From the NCBI GenBank assembly GCA_036637375.1, contig JAVWMQ010000004.1, positions 4,698 through 68,697 of the forward strand: a stretch of 64,000 bases of DNA, given 5' to 3'. The stretch is from Anaerovoracaceae bacterium (GTDB lineage: Bacteria; Bacillota; Clostridia; Peptostreptococcales; Anaerovoracaceae). Under the pieces are notes generated by a model that worked only from the letters and a program-made list of their open reading frames with translations, ran no database searches and had not been told where the DNA came from. Numbering within the stretch: the stretch's first letter is position 1; each line of letters opens with the position of its first letter. The position numbers were made by a program, and so were the translations under genes. This document shows positions 19,645 to 28,092 of this stretch, piece by piece.

Positions 19645-20115
19645 ATGGGAGTATTCGATAAGTTTAAGGATTTAGTTGGAATTGAAGAAATCGATGAAGA
19701 CGATATCACAGAAGAAGAAATAGCCGAGGCTGAAAGCCGCATTGAGAGACAACCAATAGACGCAAAACCTCGTTACCAAAGAACGAATAGGGAAAACGTA
19801 GTGCCTTTAAATAGCAGAGCTACATCAGCACTTAAGTTAGTTGTAATTGAGCCTACAGGATTTGATGAATCACCAAGATTAGTGGATTCTTTAAAGGACA
19901 GGAAACCAGTAATTATCAATCTTGAGAGAATTGATTCAGAAACAGCTAGAAAGATTTTTGATTTCCTAAGTGGAGCAACATATGCTTTAAATGGAAATGT
20001 ACAAAAAATCGCAAACAATATTTTTGTATTTGCACCGGAGAATGTTGATATAACTGCAAATGATAGCGGAAGTGAATTCGATTTTTCTGGAATTAATAAA
20101 GATACTTGGAGGTAG
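19645..20115 (+). CDS. sepF: Cell division protein SepF
   Basis: 156 aa with the conserved C-terminal core VVIEPTGFDESPRLVDSLKDRKPVIINL. Confidence 0.85.
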   Translation: MGVFDKFKDLVGIEEIDEDDITEEEIAEAESRIERQPIDAKPRYQRTNRENVVPLNSRATSALKLVVIEPTGFDESPRLVDSLKDRKPVIINLERIDSETARKIFDFLSGATYALNGNVQKIANNIFVFAPENVDITANDSGSEFDFSGINKDTWR

Positions 20116-20119
20116 ATAG

Positions 20120-20677
20120 ATGATTACACCAGCAGAAATTCAAAACAAAGATTTTTCTAAAAGCCTAAGAGGCTACAATGAAGAAGAAGTTGATATGTTC
20201 CTTGATCTTATTACACTTGATTTAGAAAAGTTAATAAAAGAGAATATCAACCTAAAGGCGCAAGTTGCAACACTTGAAAAAGAAAAGGGTGACATTGATG
20301 GCACAGATATCTCAATTAGAGAAACTCTTGAAACAGCCAAAGCCTTAATGGATGATATTTCAGCAAGTTCTGAAAAAAGAGCTCAGAATTTATTGCGAAA
20401 CGCAGAAGCTGATGCTGCAATATTAATAAAGGATGCTAAACTTCAGTCAGAAAGACTAAAAGAAGAAAGTGCTGAATTAGCAAGAAATTATAAAGTATTT
20501 AGAGAAGAATACAAGAGAATGTTAGAAAGAGAACTTAGTAAGATGAATGACGAACCTGGAATTAAATTGGAAGAGTCAAAAGAAGATCAGTTAAGTTCTA
20601 TATTTGGTATGAATTCTAGCGAAAGCGTAAGTGAAGACGATGATCGCAAAACTAGAATTAATATTAAGTACGAATAA
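20120..20677 (+). CDS. divIVA: DivIVA domain protein
   Basis: 185 aa. The N-terminal lipid-binding motif ITPAEIQNKDFSKSLRGYNEEEVDMFLD is followed by a coiled coil. Confidence 0.8.
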   Translation: MITPAEIQNKDFSKSLRGYNEEEVDMFLDLITLDLEKLIKENINLKAQVATLEKEKGDIDGTDISIRETLETAKALMDDISASSEKRAQNLLRNAEADAAILIKDAKLQSERLKEESAELARNYKVFREEYKRMLERELSKMNDEPGIKLEESKEDQLSSIFGMNSSESVSEDDDRKTRINIKYE

Positions 20678-20690
20678 ATTAGTTAGGAGG

Positions 20691-20718
20691 CGGGGCATTT
20701 TGTGCCCCGTAGTTTTTA
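20691..20718 (+). terminator. Hairpin plus T run after divIVA (partial terminator/attenuator overlapping the lspA start)
   Basis: CGGGGCA (20691-20697) pairs with TGCCCCG (20703-20709), followed by TAGTTTTTA. Confidence 0.5.
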
Positions 20719-21170
20719 TGTATTATATTGTTATAATTGCTGTCGTGCTAATTGATCAAATCATTAAGATTATGGTGCGAGGTCAGATGGAGTTATTTGA
20801 GAGTTACCCACTTTTGGGGGATTTTTTTTCTTTTACATATATTGAAAATTATGGTGCTGCATTTAGTATGTTTAGTGGTCAAAGATTTGTACTTTTGGCT
20901 ATACCAACAGCAGTGGTTGTTTTGGGCATATACTATTTGATGATTAATAAAAATAAAAAAGACAAGATTATGCTTTATAGTGTTGCACTTTTAATTGGAG
21001 GAGGACTTGGCAACTTAATTGATAGGTTCATTTTTGGAAGTGTTACAGATTATTTTGATTTAAAAAGTTTTGCTATATTTAATTTTGCAGATATATGTGT
21101 TTGTGTAGGGTGTTTTTTGATTTGTATATATGTGATTTTTTTGGAGGGAAGAAAAGAACGTGAAAAATAA
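20700..21170 (+). CDS. lspA: Lipoprotein signal peptidase (signal peptidase II)
   Basis: TTG 20700 lies 9 nt after AGGAGG; ATG 20718 is an alternative start. The ORF-track start at 20631 overlaps divIVA. Motifs NYGAAFSMF, GGGLGNLIDR and FNFADICV. Confidence 0.85.
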   Translation: MCPVVFMYYIVIIAVVLIDQIIKIMVRGQMELFESYPLLGDFFSFTYIENYGAAFSMFSGQRFVLLAIPTAVVVLGIYYLMINKNKKDKIMLYSVALLIGGGLGNLIDRFIFGSVTDYFDLKSFAIFNFADICVCVGCFLICIYVIFLEGRKEREK

Positions 21171-22086
21171 TATATGGATAATTACGCCACAAGATGCAGG
21201 GATTAGGCTTGATGCGTGGCTTGCAAAAACTATTGAAGAAAAATCTCGAAGTTTTTGTCAGAAACTTGTTGATGATGGATGTGTCAAAGTTAATGGCAAT
21301 GAGTGTAGTGTTAAAAAATATAAGCTAAAGGAAAGTGATGAAATTATAGTAGATATACCAGAGCCCAAAGAGGTGGCCATAGTTTCAGAAGATATTCCAT
21401 TAAACATAGTTTACGAAGATGAAGATGTATTGGTTATAGATAAAGTTAAGGGCATGGTAGTTCATCCTGCTGTTGGGAATTATCAAGGAACCATGGTGAA
21501 TGCTATTATGCATCATTGTGGCGATAGTTTATCATCGATTAATGGGGAAATTAGACCAGGAATAGTTCATAGAATTGACAAAGATACTAGTGGTTTAATT
21601 ATGGTAGCAAAAAATGATTTTGCTCATAATTCCTTAGCTAAGCAACTTGCAGAACACACAATCACAAGAGGATACAAGGCAATAGTTTATAACAATTTCA
21701 AAGATGATCAGGGCAAAGTGGATGCACCAATAGGTAGAAATAAAAAAAATAGGCTGAAACAAGCTATTGATTATGAAAATGGTAAGAGAGCTGTAACGAA
21801 CTACAAGGTTTTAGAAAAGTATTCTAAGTTTTGTCTTATTGAAGCAAGACTTGAAACAGGTAGAACCCATCAAATTAGAGTTCATATGGCAAGTATCAAT
21901 CATCCATTGCTAGGGGATTTTGTATATGGACCAGAAAAAAATAAATATAAGATAAGTGGACAGATGCTTCATGCTTATTTGCTTGGATTTGTTCACCCAA
22001 GAACAGAGGAATATATGGAATTTACAAGTGAACTTCCGGAAATATTTGTAACAACAATTGAAAAATTAAAGAAGGAGATGCAATGA
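21160..22086 (+). CDS. rluD: RluA-family 23S rRNA pseudouridine synthase (RluD-like)
   Basis: 308 aa with a GTG start. S4 domain, catalytic HRIDKDTSGLIMVAK, and GRTHQIRVHM. Confidence 0.85.
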   Translation: MKNNIWIITPQDAGIRLDAWLAKTIEEKSRSFCQKLVDDGCVKVNGNECSVKKYKLKESDEIIVDIPEPKEVAIVSEDIPLNIVYEDEDVLVIDKVKGMVVHPAVGNYQGTMVNAIMHHCGDSLSSINGEIRPGIVHRIDKDTSGLIMVAKNDFAHNSLAKQLAEHTITRGYKAIVYNNFKDDQGKVDAPIGRNKKNRLKQAIDYENGKRAVTNYKVLEKYSKFCLIEARLETGRTHQIRVHMASINHPLLGDFVYGPEKNKYKISGQMLHAYLLGFVHPRTEEYMEFTSELPEIFVTTIEKLKKEMQ

Positions 22087-22709
22087 ACAAAAGAAGCTTT
22101 AAACCAGGAACAATGCTAAATCCTGTGCCAGTAGTAATGGTTTCAGTTGGAACTATGGAAGGCGAAAATAATATAATTACAATTGCGTGGACAGGTATTA
22201 TTAATTCTGAACCACCTATGACTTATGTATCCATTAGAAAAGAACGTTTTTCTCATCATATCATTGAGGAAAATCAAGAATTTGTTATAAATCTAGTTAA
22301 TGAGAAACTAACATTTGCTACTGATTTTTGTGGAGTTAAATCAGGAAAAGATTTAGATAAATGGGAAGTACAAAATTTGACTCGTGAAAAAGGCAAAGTT
22401 GTAAATGTTCCAATGATTAAAGAATCTCCAGTGAATTTAGAGTGTAAGGTTGTTGATATAAAGAGAATGCCTACCCATGATATGTATATTGGAGAAATAG
22501 TAAACGTAAATGTGGACGAAAGTCTAATTAATGAAAATGGTAGAATTGAACTTGATAAGGCCAAGATGGTATGCTATAACCATGGAGAATATTTTGGAAT
22601 AAAGAGAGAACCTCTTGGCAAGTTTGGCTATTCAATAATGAAACCAAAGACAAAGAAGAGACTTGCAAAAGCTAAGCAAGGCAAATTCACTAAAGCAAAG
22701 AAAAAATAA
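22083..22709 (+). CDS. Flavin reductase-like (FMN-binding split barrel) protein with Lys-rich C-terminal tail
   Basis: 208 aa with an ATGA overlap with rluD. Flavin_Reduct-like core (PVPVVMVS, NIITIAWTG), then the tail KPKTKKRLAKAKQGKFTKAKKK. Confidence 0.7.
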   Translation: MNKRSFKPGTMLNPVPVVMVSVGTMEGENNIITIAWTGIINSEPPMTYVSIRKERFSHHIIEENQEFVINLVNEKLTFATDFCGVKSGKDLDKWEVQNLTREKGKVVNVPMIKESPVNLECKVVDIKRMPTHDMYIGEIVNVNVDESLINENGRIELDKAKMVCYNHGEYFGIKREPLGKFGYSIMKPKTKKRLAKAKQGKFTKAKKK

Positions 22710-22710
22710 A

Positions 22711-22757
22711 ATTGCCACAGATGATTTATATGAAGGCAAATCATCTGCAGCAATTAA
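22711..22757 (-). terminator. Hairpin terminator for the minus-strand small gene (abuts the 3' end of the flavin reductase gene)
   Basis: ATTGCCACAGATGATTT and AAATCATCTGCAGCAAT form an imperfect 17 nt stem. On the minus strand it is followed by TTTATTTTTT. Confidence 0.5.
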
Positions 22758-22815
22758 AAGAAAGTAACCCCAGTATATGTTAAAACAATATTTGTTTCAA
22801 CTATTTAAGTTATAG

Positions 22816-22950
22816 CTATTTAAGTTTTGTGAAATCGATTTCAAAAGCTTTGATATCGTCGATACAGTCTTCACAAATGTATTTGTCATAAAACTGTACT
22901 GAATGCAACGAATATGTTTCACAAAGATTGCATTGGTTATTCTTACTCAT
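22816..22950 (-). CDS. gin: 44 aa Gin/CsfB-like zinc-ribbon protein (putative anti-sigma-G/E factor); below the ORF-track size cutoff
   Basis: Translation is MSKNNQCNLCETYSLHSVQFYDKYICEDCIDDIKAFEIDFTKLK. An AAAGGAG RBS lies 6 nt upstream. The C-x2-C-x15-C-x2-C spacing and the Y-x-K-[FY]-I-C-x-D-C core match B. subtilis CsfB as I recall it. A terminator lies downstream. Confidence 0.6.
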   Translation of the reverse strand: MSKNNQCNLCETYSLHSVQFYDKYICEDCIDDIKAFEIDFTKLK

Positions 22951-23132
22951 TTCGCGCTCCTTTCTATTAAATTCGAAATATAACTTTTATAGATAATAGT
23001 GTTTTGTGTGATAAGATTATCACGTTTTGTGAGATAAGGCAAGGGGTTTTGTAAAAATATTACAAAAAGGGAAAAAAAGGTGATTTGGTAATGAAACACC
23101 CCCATTTTACGGGAAAAAGGAGGTATAAATTA

Positions 23133-23978
23133 ATGAAAGAGTTGGTATTAAACAATTATAAAGACGGTCCACTTGTTGCATATGAGTGGGACATTCACGA
23201 TCCAAAGCATATGGTTGTACTAATTCATGGTATTGGAGAATACGCAGCTAGATATAATCGAGTAGCTTCAGAATTCAATAAAAATGGAATAGCAGTATTT
23301 AGTATGGATTTAAAAGGCCATGGGATAAGTTATGGTAAACGTGGACATTGTGCACCAAGAACGGAAGTGTTTAGAGATATTGATTTATTAATAGAATATG
23401 CCAAGGATAAACATCCAGATGCTCCTATAGTTTTATATGGACATAGTATGGGAGGAAATATTAGTTTAAATTACAGATATAACGGTAAACTTAATAGCCT
23501 TATGGAGGGCTATATTATATCCGCTCCGTGGGTAACCTTAGTTAGACCAGTTCCGTCATATCAGTACAAAAGCATTAAAGTTTTATCAAAAATATTCCCG
23601 CAAAAAACGATTTCATCTAAGATCGATGAAAAGGATTTAGGTAATTTAAAAAATGTAAAAGGATATAACAAAGACCCATTAGTTCACGAAAAAATTTCGT
23701 TTTTGTGTGCTCTTGAAGGTTTTGAAATTGCAAAAAAAATGGCGAATAATACCATTACTAAGACTGGTGAGGGCAGCAAAAAACCCATGCTGTTAATGCA
23801 TGGGGATGCTGATGTTGTTTGCAGTGTTGTGGGTAGTAGGCAAATCAAAGAAAACGAAGGTGATATTTGCACTTATGTTGAATGGGAAGGCCTAAGCCAT
23901 GAAATTCACAATGGTGGCAAAATCAGTGAAGGTAATGAAGTTATTGCTAAAGCTATTGAATGGATTCAGGCGCTTTAG
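23133..23978 (+). CDS. Alpha/beta hydrolase (lysophospholipase / monoacylglycerol lipase family)
   Basis: ATG 23133 follows an AAAGGAGG RBS; the ORF-track start at 23085 is upstream of it. Oxyanion motif HGIGE, nucleophile elbow GHSMGG, and distal HGDAD and SHE. Confidence 0.75.
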   Translation: MKELVLNNYKDGPLVAYEWDIHDPKHMVVLIHGIGEYAARYNRVASEFNKNGIAVFSMDLKGHGISYGKRGHCAPRTEVFRDIDLLIEYAKDKHPDAPIVLYGHSMGGNISLNYRYNGKLNSLMEGYIISAPWVTLVRPVPSYQYKSIKVLSKIFPQKTISSKIDEKDLGNLKNVKGYNKDPLVHEKISFLCALEGFEIAKKMANNTITKTGEGSKKPMLLMHGDADVVCSVVGSRQIKENEGDICTYVEWEGLSHEIHNGGKISEGNEVIAKAIEWIQAL

Positions 23979-25626
23979 GTGTAACATAAACAGTTTTATT
24001 ATCAGTAAATATAACCATTCCAGGCTTTGCACCGGAAGGTTTTTTGACAAAACGTACTTGTGTATAATCTACAGGTACGTTTTCTGATTCTTTACCCTTA
24101 CTGTGAAAAGCAGCAATAGCAGCAGCTTCAAAAATTGCAACATCACTAGGTTCTTTACCCTGTGTAAATAGGATTGTGTGGGAACCTGGTATGTCTTTTG
24201 TGTGAAACCAAATGTCGGTTCTATTTGCTGTTTTAAATGTTAATATATCGTTATCCTTGTTGTTTCGGCCAACTAAAATTGTAAAGCCATCAGAACTTTC
24301 GTATTTATATGGTTCTGGCTTTATTTTTTTTGTATTTCTATTTATTTGTTTACGTCTTCTAATGATTCCACATTCAATAAGCTCATCTTTGATTTTATCA
24401 ATGTCCTCTGTTTTTTCTGCAGACTCAATGAAGCTAATTACAGATTCAAGGTACTGCACCTCGCTATCAGTTTCTTCTAACTGAATGTTTTTTTCAACAA
24501 TTGCGGTTTTAGCTTTATTGTATTTTTTGTAATATGCCTGAGCATTTTTTGCAGGCGTTAATCTAGTATTTAGACTAATAGTAACCTGACTGTTGTCATA
24601 ATAATTTAGAACAGTTGTTTTGCTATCACTGGACTTTACCTGGTGAAGATTAGCAGTCAAAAGTTCGCCAAAAAGCCTGTATTTATCAGCATTTTCGGCT
24701 TTTTGTATATCTTCTAAAAGTCTTTGCTTTTTGAGATATAGTTTCTTTAAAAGATTTAAAACTGTGCGATGTAGATCAGATGATTTTTGTTTAACTCTGT
24801 TTGAACTTTCTTTGTGAGCATAATAGTAAGAAATAGTCTCACTTACAGTATTGAATTTTTTACATGTAAGTTCCCTATAAGAATCTATTTCCAGCACATG
24901 AAAGTCAAGAGGTGTGTTATCTTGATCAAAATAAACGCAAGGAGTTAAATCCATATCTCTCAATTGCATCTTAAATGAATTAAGCTTTGCAAGTCTATCT
25001 TCGCTTTCAAAGATTTCTCGAGCAATTAAAGGTGATATGCCTTGTATATTTTCAAGAATATCTTTTGGGCTAGTTGATTCCAAAAGAGTATTCCCACTAT
25101 AAGTATCAAAGGCTTCCTTGTTTTGTGAAGGTGGATATTCATAAGTAAGACCAGGCAAAATTTGACGAGCCCTGTTTACATCAATTGAAACTCTTTTGAT
25201 ACAATCTAGTATTTTGAGAGTAGATGTTTCAATAAGTATTATATTACTGTGCTTGCCCATTATTTCTATAATTAGTTTTTTGTTTGTATTAAATCCAAGT
25301 TCATCTCGAGTTTCAAAGTCTATTTCTATTATTCGTTCAAAGTCCTTTTGTGTAACAGCGACAATTCGTCCATTTTGTAAGTGCTTACGCAAAAGCATGC
25401 AAAAACTACTTGGACTTGCTGGGTTTTGGTAGTTATCCTCAGTTAAATAAATTCCAGCATGATTAGTTGATACAGAAGCATATACTTTGAGCTTTCCATT
25501 TTTTGTGTGAACAAAAAATACAAGTTCATCTTTTTCTGGTTGATAAACTTTTTCTATTTTACCTAATAGTAAATGGGAGTTTAATTCATTCACTATAGCT
25601 CTACAAGTTATTCCGTCGAATGCCAT
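23953..25626 (-). CDS. rqcH: Ribosome quality-control protein RqcH (NFACT/FbpA family)
   Basis: 557 aa. NFACT-N domain (MAFDGITCRAIVNEL), coiled-coil middle and NFACT-R/DUF814 (TDIWFHTKDIPGSH). Confidence 0.85.
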   Translation of the reverse strand: MAFDGITCRAIVNELNSHLLLGKIEKVYQPEKDELVFFVHTKNGKLKVYASVSTNHAGIYLTEDNYQNPASPSSFCMLLRKHLQNGRIVAVTQKDFERIIEIDFETRDELGFNTNKKLIIEIMGKHSNIILIETSTLKILDCIKRVSIDVNRARQILPGLTYEYPPSQNKEAFDTYSGNTLLESTSPKDILENIQGISPLIAREIFESEDRLAKLNSFKMQLRDMDLTPCVYFDQDNTPLDFHVLEIDSYRELTCKKFNTVSETISYYYAHKESSNRVKQKSSDLHRTVLNLLKKLYLKKQRLLEDIQKAENADKYRLFGELLTANLHQVKSSDSKTTVLNYYDNSQVTISLNTRLTPAKNAQAYYKKYNKAKTAIVEKNIQLEETDSEVQYLESVISFIESAEKTEDIDKIKDELIECGIIRRRKQINRNTKKIKPEPYKYESSDGFTILVGRNNKDNDILTFKTANRTDIWFHTKDIPGSHTILFTQGKEPSDVAIFEAAAIAAFHSKGKESENVPVDYTQVRFVKKPSGAKPGMVIFTDNKTVYVTPKAPESIQ

Positions 25627-25652
25627 AAAGTATTCCTTTCCTTTCTTATATG

Positions 25653-25661
25653 TGATATAAT
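25653..25661 (+). promoter_or_regulatory. Extended -10 element, candidate promoter for yicC-gmk-rpoZ
   Basis: TGATATAAT (TGnTATAAT) lies 42 nt upstream of the yicC ATG. The -35 is weak. Confidence 0.4.
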
Positions 25662-25702
25662 ATATATATTATCATAAATCGAAGTAAAAAGGAGAAAATT
25701 GT

Positions 25703-26587
25703 ATGATAAAAAGTATGACAGGATTTGGTAAAGGTGAATTTACCGATTCAAAAAGAAACATCACAGTTGAAATGAAATCTGTAAATCACAGATATGTTGA
25801 TATTCATGTAAAGATGCCAAGACGATATGCTTTTGCCGAAGAACAGATTAAATCATTAATTAAGGAAACGGTCAAAAGAGGCAAGGTTGAGATATCAGTT
25901 ATGGTTGAAAATTTAACAGAAGAAGATGTAAAAGTTAGATTAAATCATATGGTGGCAAAGCAATATTTAGAAAACCTAACAGAGTTAAAGGAATTGTTTT
26001 CGCTTAAGGACGAGGTTACTCTTCAATATTTGGCAAGCTTACCAGATGTAATGAAGTCAGTGCCAGACGTTGAAAGTGAAGAAGAAATCCGAGAAACAAT
26101 TGCTGCAGCTGTTTCAATGGCAATTAAGAACTTCGATAATATGAGAATAACTGAAGGTGAGAAACTAGGTGAAGACCTATTGATGCGAGGCGATTTAATT
26201 AGAGACTATGTAAAGAAAATCGAGCTTAAAGCACCACTTGTTGGAGAAATATACGCAAAGAAACTAAAGGATAGAATTAGTGATCTTTTGGCAAACAATG
26301 TTGAAATTCCAGAGGACAGAATTTTGATGGAAGCTGCTATTTTTGCAGATAAGGCAAATGTGACAGAAGAACTGGTAAGACTTGATAGTCACATTATTCA
26401 GCTAAATAATATAATCAAAAAAGGAACTAAATCAGAAGGCAAGAAACTTGATTTTTTAGTTCAAGAAATGAATCGAGAAACTAATACAATAGGGTCAAAA
26501 GCTAATGATCTTGAAGTGACAGAAACTGTTTTAGAGATAAAAAGCGAAGTTGAAAAAATAAGGGAACAAGTTCAAAATATTGAGTAA
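25703..26587 (+). CDS. yicC: YicC/YloC family endoribonuclease
   Basis: 294 aa with MTGFGKG, KSVNHRY and a C-terminal DUF1732-like region (LDFLVQEMNRETNTIGSKAN). Confidence 0.85.
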   Translation: MIKSMTGFGKGEFTDSKRNITVEMKSVNHRYVDIHVKMPRRYAFAEEQIKSLIKETVKRGKVEISVMVENLTEEDVKVRLNHMVAKQYLENLTELKELFSLKDEVTLQYLASLPDVMKSVPDVESEEEIRETIAAAVSMAIKNFDNMRITEGEKLGEDLLMRGDLIRDYVKKIELKAPLVGEIYAKKLKDRISDLLANNVEIPEDRILMEAAIFADKANVTEELVRLDSHIIQLNNIIKKGTKSEGKKLDFLVQEMNRETNTIGSKANDLEVTETVLEIKSEVEKIREQVQNIE

Positions 26588-26652
26588 AAATATTGAAATC
26601 ATTACAAAACAATGATATAATCAAATGTCATAAAAAGAATTCAAAAGGAGTA

Positions 26653-27267
26653 ATGATGAATAAAGGACGCTTATTGATTATTTCCGGACCATCGGGTGCG
26701 GGTAAAGGTACAATTTGTAAGGAACTGTTTAAAGAAAAAGACGATGTTGTTTTTTCAGTTTCCATGACTACTAGGAAACCAAGACCTGGTGAGATAGATG
26801 GCAAAAATTATTATTTTGTTTCAAAAGAAGAATTTGAATCTAAGATTGACGCAGATGGATTTTTGGAATATGCCAGTGTATTTGAAAACTACTATGGGAC
26901 ACCAAAGGATTTGGTATTAGAAGAACTTAACAAAGGTAATGATGTTTTACTTGAAATAGACATTCAAGGAGCAATGCAAATTAAAAACGTATACAAAGAG
27001 GGTGTTTTTATTTTTATAATGCCCCCATCAATGAAGGTTTTAGAAGAACGAATTACTGGTAGAGGAACAGAAACAAAAGATAGTTTGAAGCTTCGTTTAG
27101 GTAAGGCGTTAAAAGAAATTGCATATATCGACAAATATGATTATGCAGTTATTAATGACAAATTAGAGGATGCTGTAGCTAGAGTTAAAGCAATCATCGA
27201 AGCAGAACATTCAAAAGTCAGAGAAGATATTTATAAGTTAATTGAGAAATACAAGGAGGAAGAGTAA
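26653..27267 (+). CDS. gmk: Guanylate kinase
   Basis: ATG 26653 follows an AAAGGAG RBS. P-loop GPSGAGKGT, TTRKPRPGE and YYGT. Confidence 0.9.
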   Translation: MMNKGRLLIISGPSGAGKGTICKELFKEKDDVVFSVSMTTRKPRPGEIDGKNYYFVSKEEFESKIDADGFLEYASVFENYYGTPKDLVLEELNKGNDVLLEIDIQGAMQIKNVYKEGVFIFIMPPSMKVLEERITGRGTETKDSLKLRLGKALKEIAYIDKYDYAVINDKLEDAVARVKAIIEAEHSKVREDIYKLIEKYKEEE

Positions 27268-27464
27268 TGTTATACCCATCCGTAAATGAGATTAGAAAAA
27301 AAGCTGATAGTAGATATACTTTAGTAGTTCTTGCTGCAAAGCGTGCGAGAGATATTATTGATGGTAAACCTATGCTTGTTGAAGATGGTAACCCAGAAAA
27401 ACCTGTTTCTGTGGCTGCTGTTGAAATTGCAAAAGACTATATCACGTACAGAAGAGAAGAATAA
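27267..27464 (+). CDS. rpoZ: DNA-directed RNA polymerase subunit omega
   Basis: 65 aa with YTLVVLAAKRARDI. The start overlaps the gmk stop (TAATG). Confidence 0.85.
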   Translation: MLYPSVNEIRKKADSRYTLVVLAAKRARDIIDGKPMLVEDGNPEKPVSVAAVEIAKDYITYRREE

Positions 27465-27592
27465 AGCTAATTTTAGCGCCGAGTTTATATTTATATGGAC
27501 CAGGCGCTTTTTAATTAATATATATTATTTGAAAACGCATATAAATTTATAAAAGTTAACACCGGTAGAGAGGTAATACACGAGGGGAAATT

Positions 27593-27937
27593 ATGCTAGA
27601 AAAATATATTATTGTAAAGAACAACAAGGAAGTTTCTAAAGTTGCGCTTAATAGCGTTGATTATTTTTTTAAGGATGAGGGGCGATGGAGAATACTTGTA
27701 AATGGTGAAACCTGTGACGTTAAAGCGGATTTTGATCAATTCAGAGAATATTTGGGTGAGGAGTTTTATTTTTGTAATAGAACAAGATGTTTAAATTTAA
27801 ATAGGATTAACAAATGTGGAAACTGTGAAATAGTTTTTGATAATGGGAATATCCTAACTATTGGTAAAAATACTTGTTATGAAACGCAAAAGAAATTTAC
27901 TGATTTTATTATGAATAAAATAATAGAAAAGCGTTGA
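27593..27937 (+). CDS. Stand-alone LytTR-type DNA-binding domain protein
   Basis: 114 aa with a GAGGGG RBS. The layout looks like a LytTR fold: VDYFFKDEGRWRILVNGE, then LGEEFYFCNRTRCLNLNRI, then VFDNGNILTIGKN. There is no receiver or sensor domain. Confidence 0.6.
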   Translation: MLEKYIIVKNNKEVSKVALNSVDYFFKDEGRWRILVNGETCDVKADFDQFREYLGEEFYFCNRTRCLNLNRINKCGNCEIVFDNGNILTIGKNTCYETQKKFTDFIMNKIIEKR

Positions 27938-27943
27938 AAACTA

Positions 27944-27972
27944 TTGCAATTGAACTTGGAATGGTGTATTAT
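27944..27972 (+). promoter_or_regulatory. Candidate promoter for rpsB-tsf
   Basis: TTGCAA (27944-27949), 17 nt spacer, TATTAT (27967-27972). This leaves a leader of roughly 110 nt. Confidence 0.4.
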
Positions 27973-28092
27973 ATTACAGGTGTTGTTCATAAGGGAACGC
28001 ACAAGTAATCACGCTGAACGACTTAAAAGGTGGTGCCTTATTGGCTCCTTTTAAGGGAAGTATCAGTGGAAGGAAATAACCAGGAGGAAAAT

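Noticed and set aside
20752-20940. 62 aa alternative-frame ORF inside lspA, plus 27331-27552, 23899-24087 and 42850-43053
   Set aside because: Each overlaps a confidently identified gene in a different frame, with no independent signals.
27473-27515. Terminator after rpoZ (AGCGCC...GGCGCT followed by TTTTT)
   Set aside because: It has only a 6 bp stem with a loop of about 22 nt, too weak to call confidently.
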